A program made the translations under genes and the position numbers. The notes under the pieces were generated by a model that saw only the letters and a program-made list of their open reading frames with translations, was not told the origin of the DNA and made no database searches. 64,000 nucleotides of DNA from Octopus vulgaris (lineage: Eukaryota): the NCBI GenBank assembly GCA_951406725.2, contig OX597818.1, positions 132,556,001 to 132,620,000 of the forward strand. Reading direction: 5' to 3'. Shown here one piece after another: positions 13,505 through 28,494 of the stretch; positions within the stretch are counted from its first letter, which is position 1; each line of letters opens with the position of its first letter.

Positions 13505-13920
13505 TTTCTAAGTCTCGGTTGTCTCAGAAAATAACGCAGTCTTAGAAATAATAACCCAGGAAAAGAGATGGAATGGTCACGGATAAAATATTTTTGATAA
13601 TTTTTTTTTCTCATATTGTTAATATACATTTTATTTTATTTTATTTTATCTAGTTTCAGCTCACGAGCTGTGGCCATGCTGGGGCACCGCCATACAAAAA
13701 ACTTTAAGAACTTTATAGTTTGAGGGATATTTGAATATTTGATTGCTATTTTTGACTGAGCGAACAAGAAAAGGCTAAATAGTATTAGTTGTAGTGGTAG
13801 TAGTAGTAGTAGTAGTAGTATATGGGGATGATGGTGGTGGTGTTTTGTCAATACTTTTGTGATTACCTTCGATTGAAGGAACGATGTCCTGCTAGTTGCT
13901 GGAATTTCAAAAGTAAAGAC

Positions 13921-13961
<41 letters not shown>

Positions 13962-14696
13962 CTGCTGCTGTGTGTTGTGTATATATTTTGTAGTAGCTGT
14001 TGTTGTCTTTGAAAACTAAGAAAAAAGGAATAATTCTATGCTTGTTATGTAGTTATTGTTGTTGCTGTTGTTGTTGTTAAAACTATGTTATTGTTGTAGA
14101 TCGTTTGTCATACTTCTAAAGTTCCCGTTAGGGGGCAACATGGAGTAGGGGTGTAGTTTACCAGATCAAAACAATGCTACCTTACGCAGTGTTTTTATTT
14201 TTATTACTATCCTTATTATTATTATTATTATTTCTATTACTTTTAGGGATGTTTTTCTTTCTTTTTAGTTCATAACCAAAGTATTCTATGATGTAAAATA
14301 ATCTCACTCCCTACAAACAAAAAAGGAAACAATTTGACGCGGGGTTATTTCTTTTAAAATTTTGCATTCAACCTTCTACCTCTATTAAACTTTTCAAAAT
14401 TAAAATATCGATTATTTTGTTTGCCTACATTTTTTTGTTCTATAATAACGATAATCCTTTTTTCATTTTGGCACAATGCCAGCAATATTGAGGGAAGAGG
14501 GAAGTCGATAACAGCGACCCCAGAGCTCAACTGGTACATATTTTATCGACCCCCGAAAGGATGAAAGGCAAAGTTGACATCGGGGGCATTTGAACCTGGA
14601 ACGTCATGTGTCGGAAGAAATATTTCTAGGTATTTTGTCAGACGTTCTAACGGTCTTGTCAGCTCGCCGTTTTAATAATAATTATAATGATAATAA

Positions 14697-14993
14697 GGAG
14701 GCGCAATGGCCTAGTGGTTAGGGCAGCGAACTCGCGGTCGTAGGATCGTGGTTTCGATTCCCAGACCGGGCGTTGTGTGTGTTTATTGAGCGAAAACACC
14801 TTAAAGCTCCACGAGGCTCCGGCAGGGGGTGGTGATCCCTGCTGTACTCTTTCACCACTCTTTCTCTCACTCTTTCTTCTGTTGGCCTGCTCGCTTAGCC
14901 AGCGGGGTGGCGTCATTCGAAGGCTAAAACAATGCGAACGCATTGTGACCAGCGATGTGTAGCAACATCTGATGGTCTGGTCGGTCATGTGAT
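14697..14993 (+). mobile_element. SINE family B (family A head, different 3' tail)
   Basis: Same tRNA head as A, then CTGTTGGCCTGCTCGCTTAGCC...GGTCGGTCATGTGAT. Confidence 0.9.
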
Positions 14994-15169
14994 GGTGATG
15001 ATGGTGATGATAATGATAATAATAATAATAATAATAATAATCTTTTCTACTATAGATGCAAAGTCTGTGATTCTGTGGGAGAGCTGGTCGATTACCTCGA
15101 CCCAAGTACTCGACTGGTACTTATTTTATCGACTCCGAAAGGATGAAAGGTAAAGTCGACACCGGCGGG

Positions 15170-16770
15170 GAGATCCTCACAATGGACTCAGCTGGTAACC
15201 GGATTCGTCATACACGTGACAACAGCTGTTCAACAAAGTTCCACAAGTTAGTAATGCACAGACACTGGACAAATGCATTCAGGACGGTTCCATCACCCTG
15301 CACTCATCTTGGAAAGGTCCGTCTGACAGCACTACCGTGTCTGTAGAGCTTTTCCCGAACCAGCAGAGCTGCCAGTTGTACTGAGAGGCCAGAGATTTCT
15401 GGAAGTTATCCATAGGCCCTGGACCGAAAGTCCTCCGGAAAGGACCAGTTAGTTGATCCCTCCCGACGCCCAGAATTTCCCTGAGTACGGCGTCGCTCTT
15501 TCCCTTCACTAATTCCCTATAGAACTCTATAGTGGAACTTCTACCAATCTCGTTGCCCGACTAGCAGAAAGATATGAGCGCTTGCCGACACTCCAGGTGC
15601 TAAGTGCCTTTTATTGGTCTACGCTTGACCTAGGACTGTAGCTCCATCAATGAGACGAGCTGTGGAAAGCCTCGTTTGAAGAACGATGACCATACCTGCT
15701 CACCTTTAAGGAAACGCTGGAGATGTCACAGCTTCAGCGCATGTTTGCGCATCATTAGCCACGGCATGCCCAGTCCTCCACTGTTGACGAGCAGAACAGA
15801 TCCCTTTTATAGGAAGTGGAAGAGCAAGTGGAGAAAGGGACGACGGTCAGACTTCAGTAGATGACGGAAGCGATGTACGTATTCACCACTTCCGCCCGAT
15901 CCTTCAGGGACAGCTTCCTCTCTGCCCATTTCTGAGTGAGACTGGCTACCTTGTTCGTTACCTCCCTCCCTAGTTCTTGTTCACCTGGAGGTCTGGGCTA
16001 AACCAGACCCCGAGCAAGTTAACCGGTCCTTCCGCCCAGCTCCCTACAAAGCTGTCGGATGGCTTGGACTTACCTCTCTAGGTGCCGAGCTGTAGGCCCA
16101 CCGACTTCTGGTTTATCTTTGCTCCTGTCACCACTTCGTACTCTCTTAGTGCAGTGTCGACCACCTCGATTTCCGTGATGTCCGGCACTATTACGGTGAT
16201 GTCGTCCGCATAAGCCGACACGAAACTACCGCATTTTAGATCACGCAGGATGCCCTTCAAAACATCTATATTCCACAGCAATGGCTTAAGAGCCAGTACG
16301 CACAGAAGGGGTGAGAGTGGGCATCCTTGACGGACCGAACGAGCGATGCTAAGCGATTCTGATAGGTGGCTGGTTACTTTGACCACCGAATGGATGTCGT
16401 TGTACATTGCTATGATCTAGCCTCTGAAAACGGGACCGAAACCTGCTGCTGCGAGAACAGCCTCCAAGTATTGGTGGTCGTCCTTATCCAAATTGATCAG
16501 GGCCTCACCCATACCAAGTTCTTTACACACCCTCTCAATTATGTAGCGCGTGAGATGGAGGTTGTTGTGGAGAGTTCTATTTGGTATAGCGCGTGTTTGC
16601 GCATCACCAACCAACTTATCGATGACAAGCGCCAACCTCTTGGCTAACCCTTTGACCGAAATCTTATAATCTTCGTTCATCAGAGTTATAGGCCTAAAAT
16701 TATCAATTTTGCCCCCCTTGTTCGGGTGTTTCCCCAACAGCACCACCACTCTACGGCTCACAGCGCGTAG
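15170..16770 (-). pseudogene. Tx1/L1-clade LINE ORF2 (reverse transcriptase and C-terminal zinc-finger region), decayed
   Basis: NFRPITLMNEDYKI, VRQGCPLSPLL, AYADDITV, GAKIN motifs; stops, frameshifts and deletions. Confidence 0.92.
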
Positions 16771-17139
16771 AAAAAATCTAAGGGGAGGTAATTGGTGATT
16801 GTTATTATTCAGGGCAGAGGAAGTAATAGTACAGTTTTTGGGTGGTTACAAATTTTGGGTGGTTACAAATTTTGGGTGTGATAAATTTACATAAACTCAT
16901 GAGTTAAATTAGTGAGATGTATAACTATGTATGTGGGGGGAAATTCTTTCTTATGGTGAAAGGTATAAAGTGTCATATCTAAAGCTACGGATTTAAATCT
17001 GTCCAGAGTTACCACTCTCCAGTATTTGCCGTTGATAACAGCTAAAGAGCCAGAAAGCCGCGTATGAGAATCAATTAGGGGGTGATAATGGCGGTCAGAT
17101 ATGGCGTCTTTATACCTCTTCAATAAGTGAAAATTTCTC

Positions 17140-17307
17140 TCTCCGTTTTTTGTTTCTCTCTCGCCATTTTTTCCCTCTCATCCCTTTCTGTCGAAGATCA
17201 TAGGTTCGAAATATCAAAGTCAACTCTATTCTTCCTAAGCGTCAGATTAATATACCTGCTTGTTCCCTCACCTGTCTTTGTCTTTTGTTTTCTGTACATC
17301 TGAACCA
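17140..17307 (+). mobile_element. decayed PLE-type terminal repeat ending in (TA)n
   Basis: CTGTCGAAGATCATAGGTTCGAAATATC is a degenerate hammerhead core; tail resembles 18765-18970. Confidence 0.5.
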
Positions 17308-17318
17308 TATATATATAA

Positions 17319-17379
<61 letters not shown>

Positions 17380-17450
17380 TTAATCCAAACAAGAAAGCAC
17401 AAAAAACACAACAACGCGAGGACGTGGAACAAATATAGTATTATTGGACG

Positions 17451-17559
<109 letters not shown>

Positions 17560-17732
17560 TTCAAACGGTAACTGCAGTGAATTTGCCTTTAGAAATTAAA
17601 ATATGTCATAAACATATTTCAACTAACCCAAAGTTAGTTTATGCCTAAACACTGTTTGGCACTGATATTGCTGATATAAATACATATAGATATACACACA
17701 CACATACATGTATGTATGTATATATATATATA

Positions 17733-17910
17733 AAGTTAATCCAAACATGAAAACGCAAAGAGAAAACACAACAACGCGAGGACGTGGAACAAGTATAGTA
17801 TTATTGGACGCTCAGGAAAGAAGGAGAGAAAGAGGGTTTAACGTTTCGAGCGGAGCTCTTCGTCAGAAACATAGGAAAAGGAAAGATCCAAGGAAAGGAA
17901 GACGGAGAAG
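17733..17910 (-). mobile_element. PLE-type mini-element with hammerhead ribozyme
   Basis: Reverse complement of 18800-18970; 3' end abuts (TA)n; truncated sister copy at 17375-17453. Confidence 0.75.
17836..17870 (-). ncRNA. minimal type I hammerhead ribozyme
   Basis: GUUU-CUGACGA-A-GAGC(UCC)GCUC-GAAA-CG-UU-AAAC: stems I and II present, palindromic AACGUU stem III. Confidence 0.8.
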
Positions 17911-18025
17911 AATTACCAATTGGTTGATAACTGATGAAGAATTAGGGGCCTTCTGTGTTTGTCTCCCGTCCGGTTTTACACTTAGTATACGTTATGTCGC
18001 TTTTTTGTTTACCATACATATTTTC

Positions 18026-18106
<81 letters not shown>

Positions 18107-18551
18107 CACATACGTGTATGAACATTGCAATATATAGTTTCAAGACTGGGTACAAGACCACAAAACGTTTTGCATTGACATTGAACTCACGATTATATCG
18201 ATCCCAGTACTTGACTAGTACTTCAGTACTTTATTTTATTTATTCTCTAAGGAAAAGCAAAGTTGATTTCAGTGAAATTTTAATCACAGAACGAAAAGGG
18301 CCGTAACCAAAGATCATAAATTTTGTCTAACGCTAAAACACAAAACAATACAATGAATCACACGTCACATGAATATTGTAAAGGTTGGACAATCCCCACT
18401 TTTTTTTTTACATAACACGGGGCAAAGATTCTGTTGCATATTTAATATTTTATTGATTTTTATAAGAAGGATATTGATAATTAAAGTTTTCAAGAGATCA
18501 ATCATTGATTTAGTGAATGTATGATGAAAACAGTGATAAGGGAGTGTTTGT

Positions 18552-18652
<101 letters not shown>

Positions 18653-18666
18653 GACGCATATATATA

Positions 18667-18724
<58 letters not shown>

Positions 18725-18764
18725 TATACATATATATATATATATATGTATGTATATATATAAT

Positions 18765-18970
18765 GTGACAGCGTGTGTACCAGTGGCGATTTTTTTCCCT
18801 CCGTCTTCCCTTCCTTTCTTTCCTTTTCCTATGTTTCTGACGAAGAGCTCCGCTCGAAACGTTAAACCCTCATTCTTTCCTTCTTTCCCGAGCGTCCAGC
18901 AATACTATATTTGTTCCACGTCCTCAGTTTGTTGTGTTTTCTCTTTGCGTTTTCATGTTTGGATTAACAT
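18765..18970 (+). mobile_element. PLE-type mini-element with hammerhead ribozyme
   Basis: Embedded in (TA)n on both sides; ends GGATTAAC. Confidence 0.75.
18833..18867 (+). ncRNA. minimal type I hammerhead ribozyme
   Basis: GTTTCTGACGAAGAGCTCCGCTCGAAACGTTAAAC, intact core. Confidence 0.8.
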
Positions 18971-19241
<271 letters not shown>

Positions 19242-19307
19242 CTTATTATTTTTTTATTTTATCTAGTTTCAGCTCACGAGCTGTGGCCATGCTGGGGCAC
19301 CGCCATT

Positions 19308-19387
<80 letters not shown>

Positions 19388-19390
<3 letters not shown>

Positions 19391-19935
19391 TCATACGACA
19401 CCCTACGTCGTTAATTGGTTCCAGAGGACATGGCTTATGTCGAAATAACCATTATTTAAATGTATATACATGTAATGATTAAAACCTTGGCTACCCTAGG
19501 TTGTTTTTATGTTAGCCTACGAATTCGGTAAGTTGTTAGGCAAGCCTAGTCTGATTTTATATTAAAAAGAAATCATTTCAAATACTGTTCTGTTGCCTAC
19601 CTGATGGCTGACGTCGGTGTTACTCGTTGAGGCTGGTGTAGGAGGAGGAGGAGATTACATACTAGATGTCGATGGTTGGGGATCATCAGCTGACTCCTGT
19701 TGTGTTGGTATAGATCGTTGTGCGAACTTGTCTAAAGTTCCTTGAATTATCTTTTTCTTCTTCTCTTCAAGGATTAGGTAATAAGATGCATGAATAGTAT
19801 CTTGACAACCCACCGTTATTTTTTACAAAAGGTTGTACATTGGGATCCATTTCCTCAAGTAAAGTAAAACATCTATCTAAACGGGAAAAAAAGCCTCTTG
19901 CATTTTCTTCAACGTAAAACGACGAGGTACGGGAT
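19388..19935 (-). pseudogene. Tigger/pogo transposase C-terminal relic with terminal region
   Basis: Translation across frameshifts VPRRFTLKKMQEAF..EEMDPNV..EEKKKK..QGTLDKF resembles the Tigger1/TIGD1 C-terminus; CAGTCATAC end at 19388; the element may extend to about 20690. Confidence 0.7.
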
Positions 19936-20056
19936 CAATGATGCATACTTTATTTTAACATTAATTTTAATATGCTATACAGATTATGACTCTATTGCTT
20001 TTGAATGTATTTCCCGGAGGCGAATACGATCGTAACCATTCGATACAACCCGGAAC

Positions 20057-20453
20057 TTCTTCTATTCTTTTTCTAAGCACTCCGTCGGTTACGACGACGA
20101 GGGTTCCGGTTGATCCGAATCAACGGAACAGCCTGCTCGTGAAATTAACGTGTAAGTGGCTGAGCACTCCACAGACACGTGTACCCTTAACGTAGTTCTC
20201 GGGGATATTCAGCGTGACACAGAGAATGACAAGGCCGGTCCTTTGAAATACAGGTACAACAGAAACAGGAAGTAAGAGTGAGAGAAAGTTGTGGTGAAAG
20301 AGTACAGCAGGGATCACCACCATCCCCTGCAGGAGCCTCGTGAAGCTTTAGGTGTTTTCGCTCAATAAACACTCACAACGCCCGGTCTGGGAATCGAAAC
20401 CGCGATCCTATGACCGCGAGTCCGCTGCCCTAACCACTGGGCCATTGCGCCTC
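20057..20453 (-). mobile_element. SINE family A flanked by a 94-bp direct duplication
   Basis: 19963-20056 is repeated at 20454-20547 with 3 mismatches. Confidence 0.92.
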
Positions 20454-20799
20454 AATTTTAATATACTATACAGATTATGACTCTATTGCTTTTTAATGTA
20501 TTTCCCGGAGGCGAATACGAACGTAACCATTCGATACAACCCGGAACAAACAGTACAGTATAATATGAATGTTACTGTTGTTGTGCCAGCCGGCGTAAGT
20601 TAATACAGTATTTAATGGTTATTCAATATTTTAGAAAGACCGACGTATCTTCGGAAATCACGTAAGTCGAAACGACTTAACCAGTGGTATATGTGTGTGT
20701 GTATGTAGACTTGGAAGAGGATGCGTGGCGTTCAATCATATAATAATATAAATAATATATATATATGTGTGTGTGTGTGTGTGTATGTATATAAATATA

Positions 20800-20876
<77 letters not shown>

Positions 20877-20878
<2 letters not shown>

Positions 20879-21141
20879 AGCCGCAATGGCCCAGTGGTTA
20901 GGGCAGCGGATTCGCGGTCGTAGGATCGCGGTTTCGATTCCCAGACGTTGTGAGTGTTTATTGGGCGAAAACACCTAAAGCTCCACGAGGCTCCGGCAGG
21001 GGGTGGTGGCGATCCCTGCTGTACTCTTTCGCCACAACTTTCTCTCACACTTTCTTCTGTTGGCCTGCTCGCTTAGCCAGCAGGGTGGCATCATTTGAAG
21101 ACTAAAACAATGCGAAGCGCATTGTGACCAGTGTGGTCACG

Positions 21142-21146
<5 letters not shown>
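20877..21146 (+). mobile_element. SINE family B, diverged
   Basis: A/B head plus B tail with small deletions. Confidence 0.85.
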
Positions 21147-21184
<38 letters not shown>

Positions 21185-21899
21185 TACACGTGGGTATAAA
21201 AGAAAGATGTGAATTCTACTTCGCAGTATATTTCTGCGAGTGTGGATGGATATTGGTTGAGCGAAGTCGCAGCTTGTTCACATATTCATGGACATTCGTG
21301 AATTTATGGTATGGAATACCGGCGCTGATGAAGGCAATAGGTAATATATTTTTTTACTTTAAGCTGGAAACAGGATCTTGTACGCAGTTAACCAAAAGCT
21401 TTAATTCATTTTCTTCCTTTTGCTAGCCTTTTATGTGGTGTGTTATTCTCGAAGAATTTTTTATGGTAATAGTGTCTTTTGACGTCTATTTTTTTCAGTG
21501 CGAGGTGAGGCGTAAGCCAGGCCCTTGTTATAATTATGTATGTAATTATAAAATATTTGTATATATATATATTCAAATATAAATGATAAGCAGCCCGAGG
21601 TATGTAAATAATATTGAACACATCCATAAGATGTGTGTTTTGCCAAGCCTGCCCACGAACTTGCAAAACACTTACCTAGTTAATGTATGTTCGATATTGT
21701 TTGTCCATATATATATATATGACCGCTGCTCGCCACCAGCCGTCGCCTTACACACACATACACACACACACACACGTACATACTCACATACATACCCTCT
21801 TCTTCCCACTCATTGTGTTTTTACCTACCTTCTTCTTCCGCTCTCCTGTCTTTGAAAACCTGTCCCCTCTCATCTACCACTTCCGGCCTTTCAGTATGT

Positions 21900-22101
21900 T
21901 TACCTCGTGAAGACCAGTCGCGTTTTTTTTTTCCTCCGTCCTCCCACCTCGGGATCTTTCTTTCTCTTATGTTTCCGACGAAGAGCTCCGCTCGAAACGT
22001 CATACCCTCCTTCTTCCCGTTTTTCCTGAGCGCCTAATAATAATACTTTAATTGTTCCACCTCTTTGTGTTGTTGTCTTTTCTGTTTTCTCGTTGGGATT
22101 A

Positions 22102-22106
<5 letters not shown>
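21900..22106 (+). mobile_element. PLE-type mini-element, hammerhead core mutated (CCGACGA)
   Basis: Homologous to 18765-18970; ribozyme motif at 21971-22005; 3' end abuts (TA)n. Confidence 0.7.
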
Positions 22107-24032
<1,926 letters not shown>

Positions 24033-24036
24033 TATA

Positions 24037-24105
<69 letters not shown>

Positions 24106-24118
24106 GTATGTGTGTGTA

Positions 24119-24163
<45 letters not shown>

Positions 24164-24237
24164 GTGTATGTGTGTGTATATGTATATATATATATATACG
24201 CATGTATATATATGTATGTATGTATGTATGAATATAT

Positions 24238-24439
24238 ATTCTTTTATTCTTTTACCCGTTGTTTCAGTCATTTGACAGCGGCCATGCTGGAGCACCGACT
24301 TTAGTCGAACAAATCGACCTCAGGACTTAGTCTTTGTAAGCCCAGTACTTATCCTATCTGTTTCTTTTACCGAACCGCGAAGTTACGGAGACGTAAACAC
24401 ACCAACATAGGTTGTCAACTGACGGTGGGGAGACAAATG

Positions 24440-24519
<80 letters not shown>

Positions 24520-24907
24520 ATTAAGGAGAGGAGAAAACAAATTCAAAGGCCGATGACATATTCATTCAATCCATATTAACGAAATTCTCCATGGTATACA
24601 AAGTACATACATAGATACATTCATCTATATGATATATAAAAAATGTCTTTTTATATTCCTGAAGCGCTTGTCGGTTGAGCTGTAGAAAGTGGATACCTAT
24701 ATCACTTATTTCTTCATTATATAAGCATATATATATATATATATATACACGACGGGCTTCTTTCAGTTTCCGTCTAACAGATCCTCTCACAAGGCTTTAA
24801 TCGGCCCGAAGCTATAGAAGACACTTGCCCAAGGTGCCACACCGTGGGGCTGAACCCGCAACCGTGTGGTTGGGAAGCAAGCGTCTTACCACACAGCCAC
24901 TCCTGAG
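24238..24907 (-). mobile_element. SINE family D, split by about 250 bp inserted in its internal microsatellite
   Basis: 3' half 24238-24480, 5' half 24750-24907. Confidence 0.8.
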
Positions 24908-25901
24908 CCACAGGAGTATATATATACATATATACGCTCACGCATATACCTGAAGAGGGACGGGCTCAACTAGGTTTAAACTGCATAAAACACCCTACAT
25001 GTTTCGACAATGCCCCTACGAATTCAATACGAGTTGTGGGCACAATTCAAATCAATAAGTGTGTGTGTTTCTGTCTGCCAAATGCCACTCACGAGGAGGC
25101 CTATTAGGAGACTTTATGGCCAATGTGTCGCGCTGTTGGACTGAACATGGTATGGTGTGGCTGCAAATCAGGTGAACCCTTTAATTTCATAGCCATATCT
25201 CTTTGAAACAAAAGATTAAAAAAAAGGACATTTAGTTTATCAGAGACAGTCTAGAGCTAAATAGAACCAGCTATTGAGACCAAAACGCCTTACCTTGACC
25301 ACATGACCCAACACACTGCTTGTAACGCGAGATGAACCATTGATCTCGAGGCTAGATTTTTTTCCCTTTTTTTTGGTACGTTTCTTTCCTTCTATTCTCT
25401 TTTTTTTTTTTTTTATTCACCTCGGCTTTCTATGTTCTTCATGTAAACATCGTAAAGTATTTATTTCAACACAGCCTTTTTAATTTCACTGTTTTTGCAA
25501 GCTTCACTGCCATTTATCTTGCTAAAATTAGTTAAAGAATGTTTTTTCTTCTTCGTTTTACAAAAGGTAAACCTAACCGTCAATGTAAAAGCAGTGTCAA
25601 ATACCACTCTATTGTTTGCTCACACAGTGGCGGTGGTGGAGGTGACGATGGTATTACAACTGGGTGACAGTGATGATGTTAGTGGTGGTCGGTTGGTAGG
25701 TAGGTAGGTAGGTAGGTTGGGATTTGGGCTTGAGGTTTGGTGGGAGGAAATGAAGTAACAGTGATAGAGAGACTTGAGGTGGGTGGCTACATTTTTATCA
25801 TTTCATCATTTGCCGTTGTTCTTCTTGTTATTGTTGCCAATTGTTTTTAAGCGGAAAAGAGAGCAAGAGGGTGGTGGTCTGTTGTTCTTTTAAATTTTTC
25901 C

Positions 25902-25955
<54 letters not shown>

Positions 25956-26656
25956 GTTATTATTATTGCAAGCATTGTTGTTGTTATTGCTATTGTTGTG
26001 GATATATTTTTGCAGTTTATTTGCTTATTTTTTTTTTTCATGTTTTGTTACATTTTCTCAGGGTGGTAGGGACGGGTCGGGCCGGCGGAAAAATATTTAG
26101 TTGTTTAGATATTTGCTTTCTTTTAATTTTAAAGGACAAGGGAGAAAGACGACAAATGTATACCTTCAATATCAACATCAACAATAATACCATAGAACAA
26201 AAAAGTGTATTATATCATATTTGTTTTGTTGTTATTTTGAAAAAAAAAAATTTCTATCTATATTTATATTTTTTTTTTTACTGATTTTAAAATTTTAATT
26301 TATTTAAAAATGAAAATTTAAAAAAAACAACAATAACAACAAAAAAAGCAATATAAATAAGAAGCATGCAAACAAATGAATGAAGATAGCAATAATGCCA
26401 TCATTGGTGTTGATGTTGATGAAGGCGACGATGATGATGATGATGATGAGAACAATGATGATGATGGTGATGGCGCTGATGATGATCCTACTACTACTAC
26501 TACTACAACTACTACTACAATAAATAGTAGTAGTGGTAGTAATAATATTAATAATAATAGGTTTTTTTTTTCTCACTCATTTTTTCCCCCTTCTTCCAAG
26601 ATGAGGTTCCTTCAGATCAATTTCTTTGTCTTCTTTGTGAGTTGTGAAAGATTGGT

Positions 26657-26664
26657 CTAAATTA
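26657..26664 (-). CDS. candidate terminal coding exon start (..VI-stop) followed by long AT-rich 3' UTR
   Basis: Acceptor TTTCAATTTTCTCTGTAG at 26665 on the minus strand; AATAAA near 25461; frame uncertain. Confidence 0.22.
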
Positions 26665-26901
26665 CTACAGAGAAAATTGAAATAGCAAGCAAAGATTAAG
26701 AAGAGAAACCAAAAAACAAAACAAAAACATAAAAAACAAAAAAAAAACAAAAAAAAAAAACAAAGCAGGCCATCACCCCCACAAAAAAAAAAGGTTTATA
26801 ACAACAACAACAAAAAGAATTTTAAGCAAAATATACCAACAACAATATGACAGAAACAACGAACTACAATGAAAGTAAGCAAAAAAATTTTTCAAAAATA
26901 C

Positions 26902-26940
<39 letters not shown>

Positions 26941-27129
26941 TAATAATAATAACAATAATAATAATAATAATAACAATAATAACAATAATAATGACAATAA
27001 TAATAAAAGTAATGAAATGAAAATTTTAAAAGCAAAAATTGTTTTTGAAATAACAATAAAAAATAACAAAAATAAGGAAAGAATATAAAAAGATTAAAAA
27101 CAACTCAGAATACAATATAGCCCCTTTGC

Positions 27130-27177
27130 CTGACACTACGTCTTCCACCAATGGCACACTCCCCTCACACTCCAGTA
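27130..27177 (-). CDS. candidate 48-nt internal exon (xLECEGSVPLVEDVVS)
   Basis: Acceptor TTCCATTTCATTTCAG, single open frame, non-canonical donor CAG|GCAAAG. Confidence 0.28.
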
Positions 27178-27291
27178 CTGAAATGAAATGGAACCAATAT
27201 AAGACCGCCTTTGGACTGACTAAGAATAGGATGGAAATATTACACGTAGACACACACATTCATACATATGCATGCACATACACGTATGTGC

Positions 27292-27353
<62 letters not shown>

Positions 27354-27464
27354 CCACACAGACAGACTGAAAGAAGCGGGCAAGATTCTGTAACATCATC
27401 AGTCACTCACAGAGAAACTATTACAAAGCAATAATTTCAAATAAATCATCTCAAACATGGACAG

Positions 27465-27721
27465 TAGTGGTGGCTGATGATGATGATGGCATCTGTGGTG
27501 GTGATGGTGATGGTGGTGGTGGTATGGTGGTAGTGGTGGTGGTGGGAGTAGTGGTGGGAGAAGTGGCAGTGATGATAATTGAGGAAGCGGTGGTGGTAGT
27601 GATAATGATGATGATAGTGATGATAGTGATGGTGGCAGTAGAGATACTGGTGGTGACGATGATGATTGTAGTGTAGTTCTGAAAGCGTGGTGGTGGTGGT
27701 GGTAGTTGAAGTAGTAGCAGC

Positions 27722-27793
<72 letters not shown>

Positions 27794-28350
27794 TTTTTAA
27801 CGTTAGTATTTGTATTAGTTGTAGGGGCCAATCTTTGTGGTAGGTGATGTGTTAGTGATGGTTTTTATGGTGTTAAATGCGACAGTAGTATTAGTGGTGG
27901 TGGTGGTGGTGGTAGTAGTCGGATTAGTGCGGCGATGGTGGTGGGGGATGAAGTGTTGATGTAAGTAGCGGTGGCAGCATTAGTGGTTTTAAATTTGGAG
28001 ATGGTGACGGAGATGGTGATGGTAGAAGTGGTTTTGATGGTAGTGGTGGTAGTAAGGCTGAGGGTGGTGTTGGTGGTGATTGTCATAGTGGTGGTGATAG
28101 TGGTAGTCGTAGTAGCGATGGCGATGGTGGTAAATGTAGTGGTGGTGGTGGTGGTGGTGGTGATGGTTGTCGTAATGGTGGTAGTGGTGGTAGTAAGGCT
28201 GAGGATGGTATTGGTGGTGATTGTCATAGTGGTGGTGATGATGGTAGTCGTAGTAGCGATGGCGATGGCGGTAGATGTAGTGGTGGTGGTGGTGGTGGTG
28301 ATGGTTGTCGTAATGGTGGTTGTGGTTGGTAGCAGTAGTGGAAGTGGGGA
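27465..28350. repeat. (GGT/GAT/AGT)n low-complexity region including a 2-copy repeat of about 140 bp
   Basis: GTAGTAAGGCTGAGG...GTTGTCGTAATGGTGGT occurs twice between 28040 and 28320. Confidence 0.85.
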
Positions 28351-28494
28351 TTATACAGTAGGTGGCGTTGATGGTCCTACATTAGATGGATATGATGGTC
28401 GCGGGTCGATAATAAATGAAATATAAATTTCAAATTTGAAAAAATTTGAAAATTTGAAAAAAAAAATTTTTTTCCAAAATCGTAAAAGCATGGA

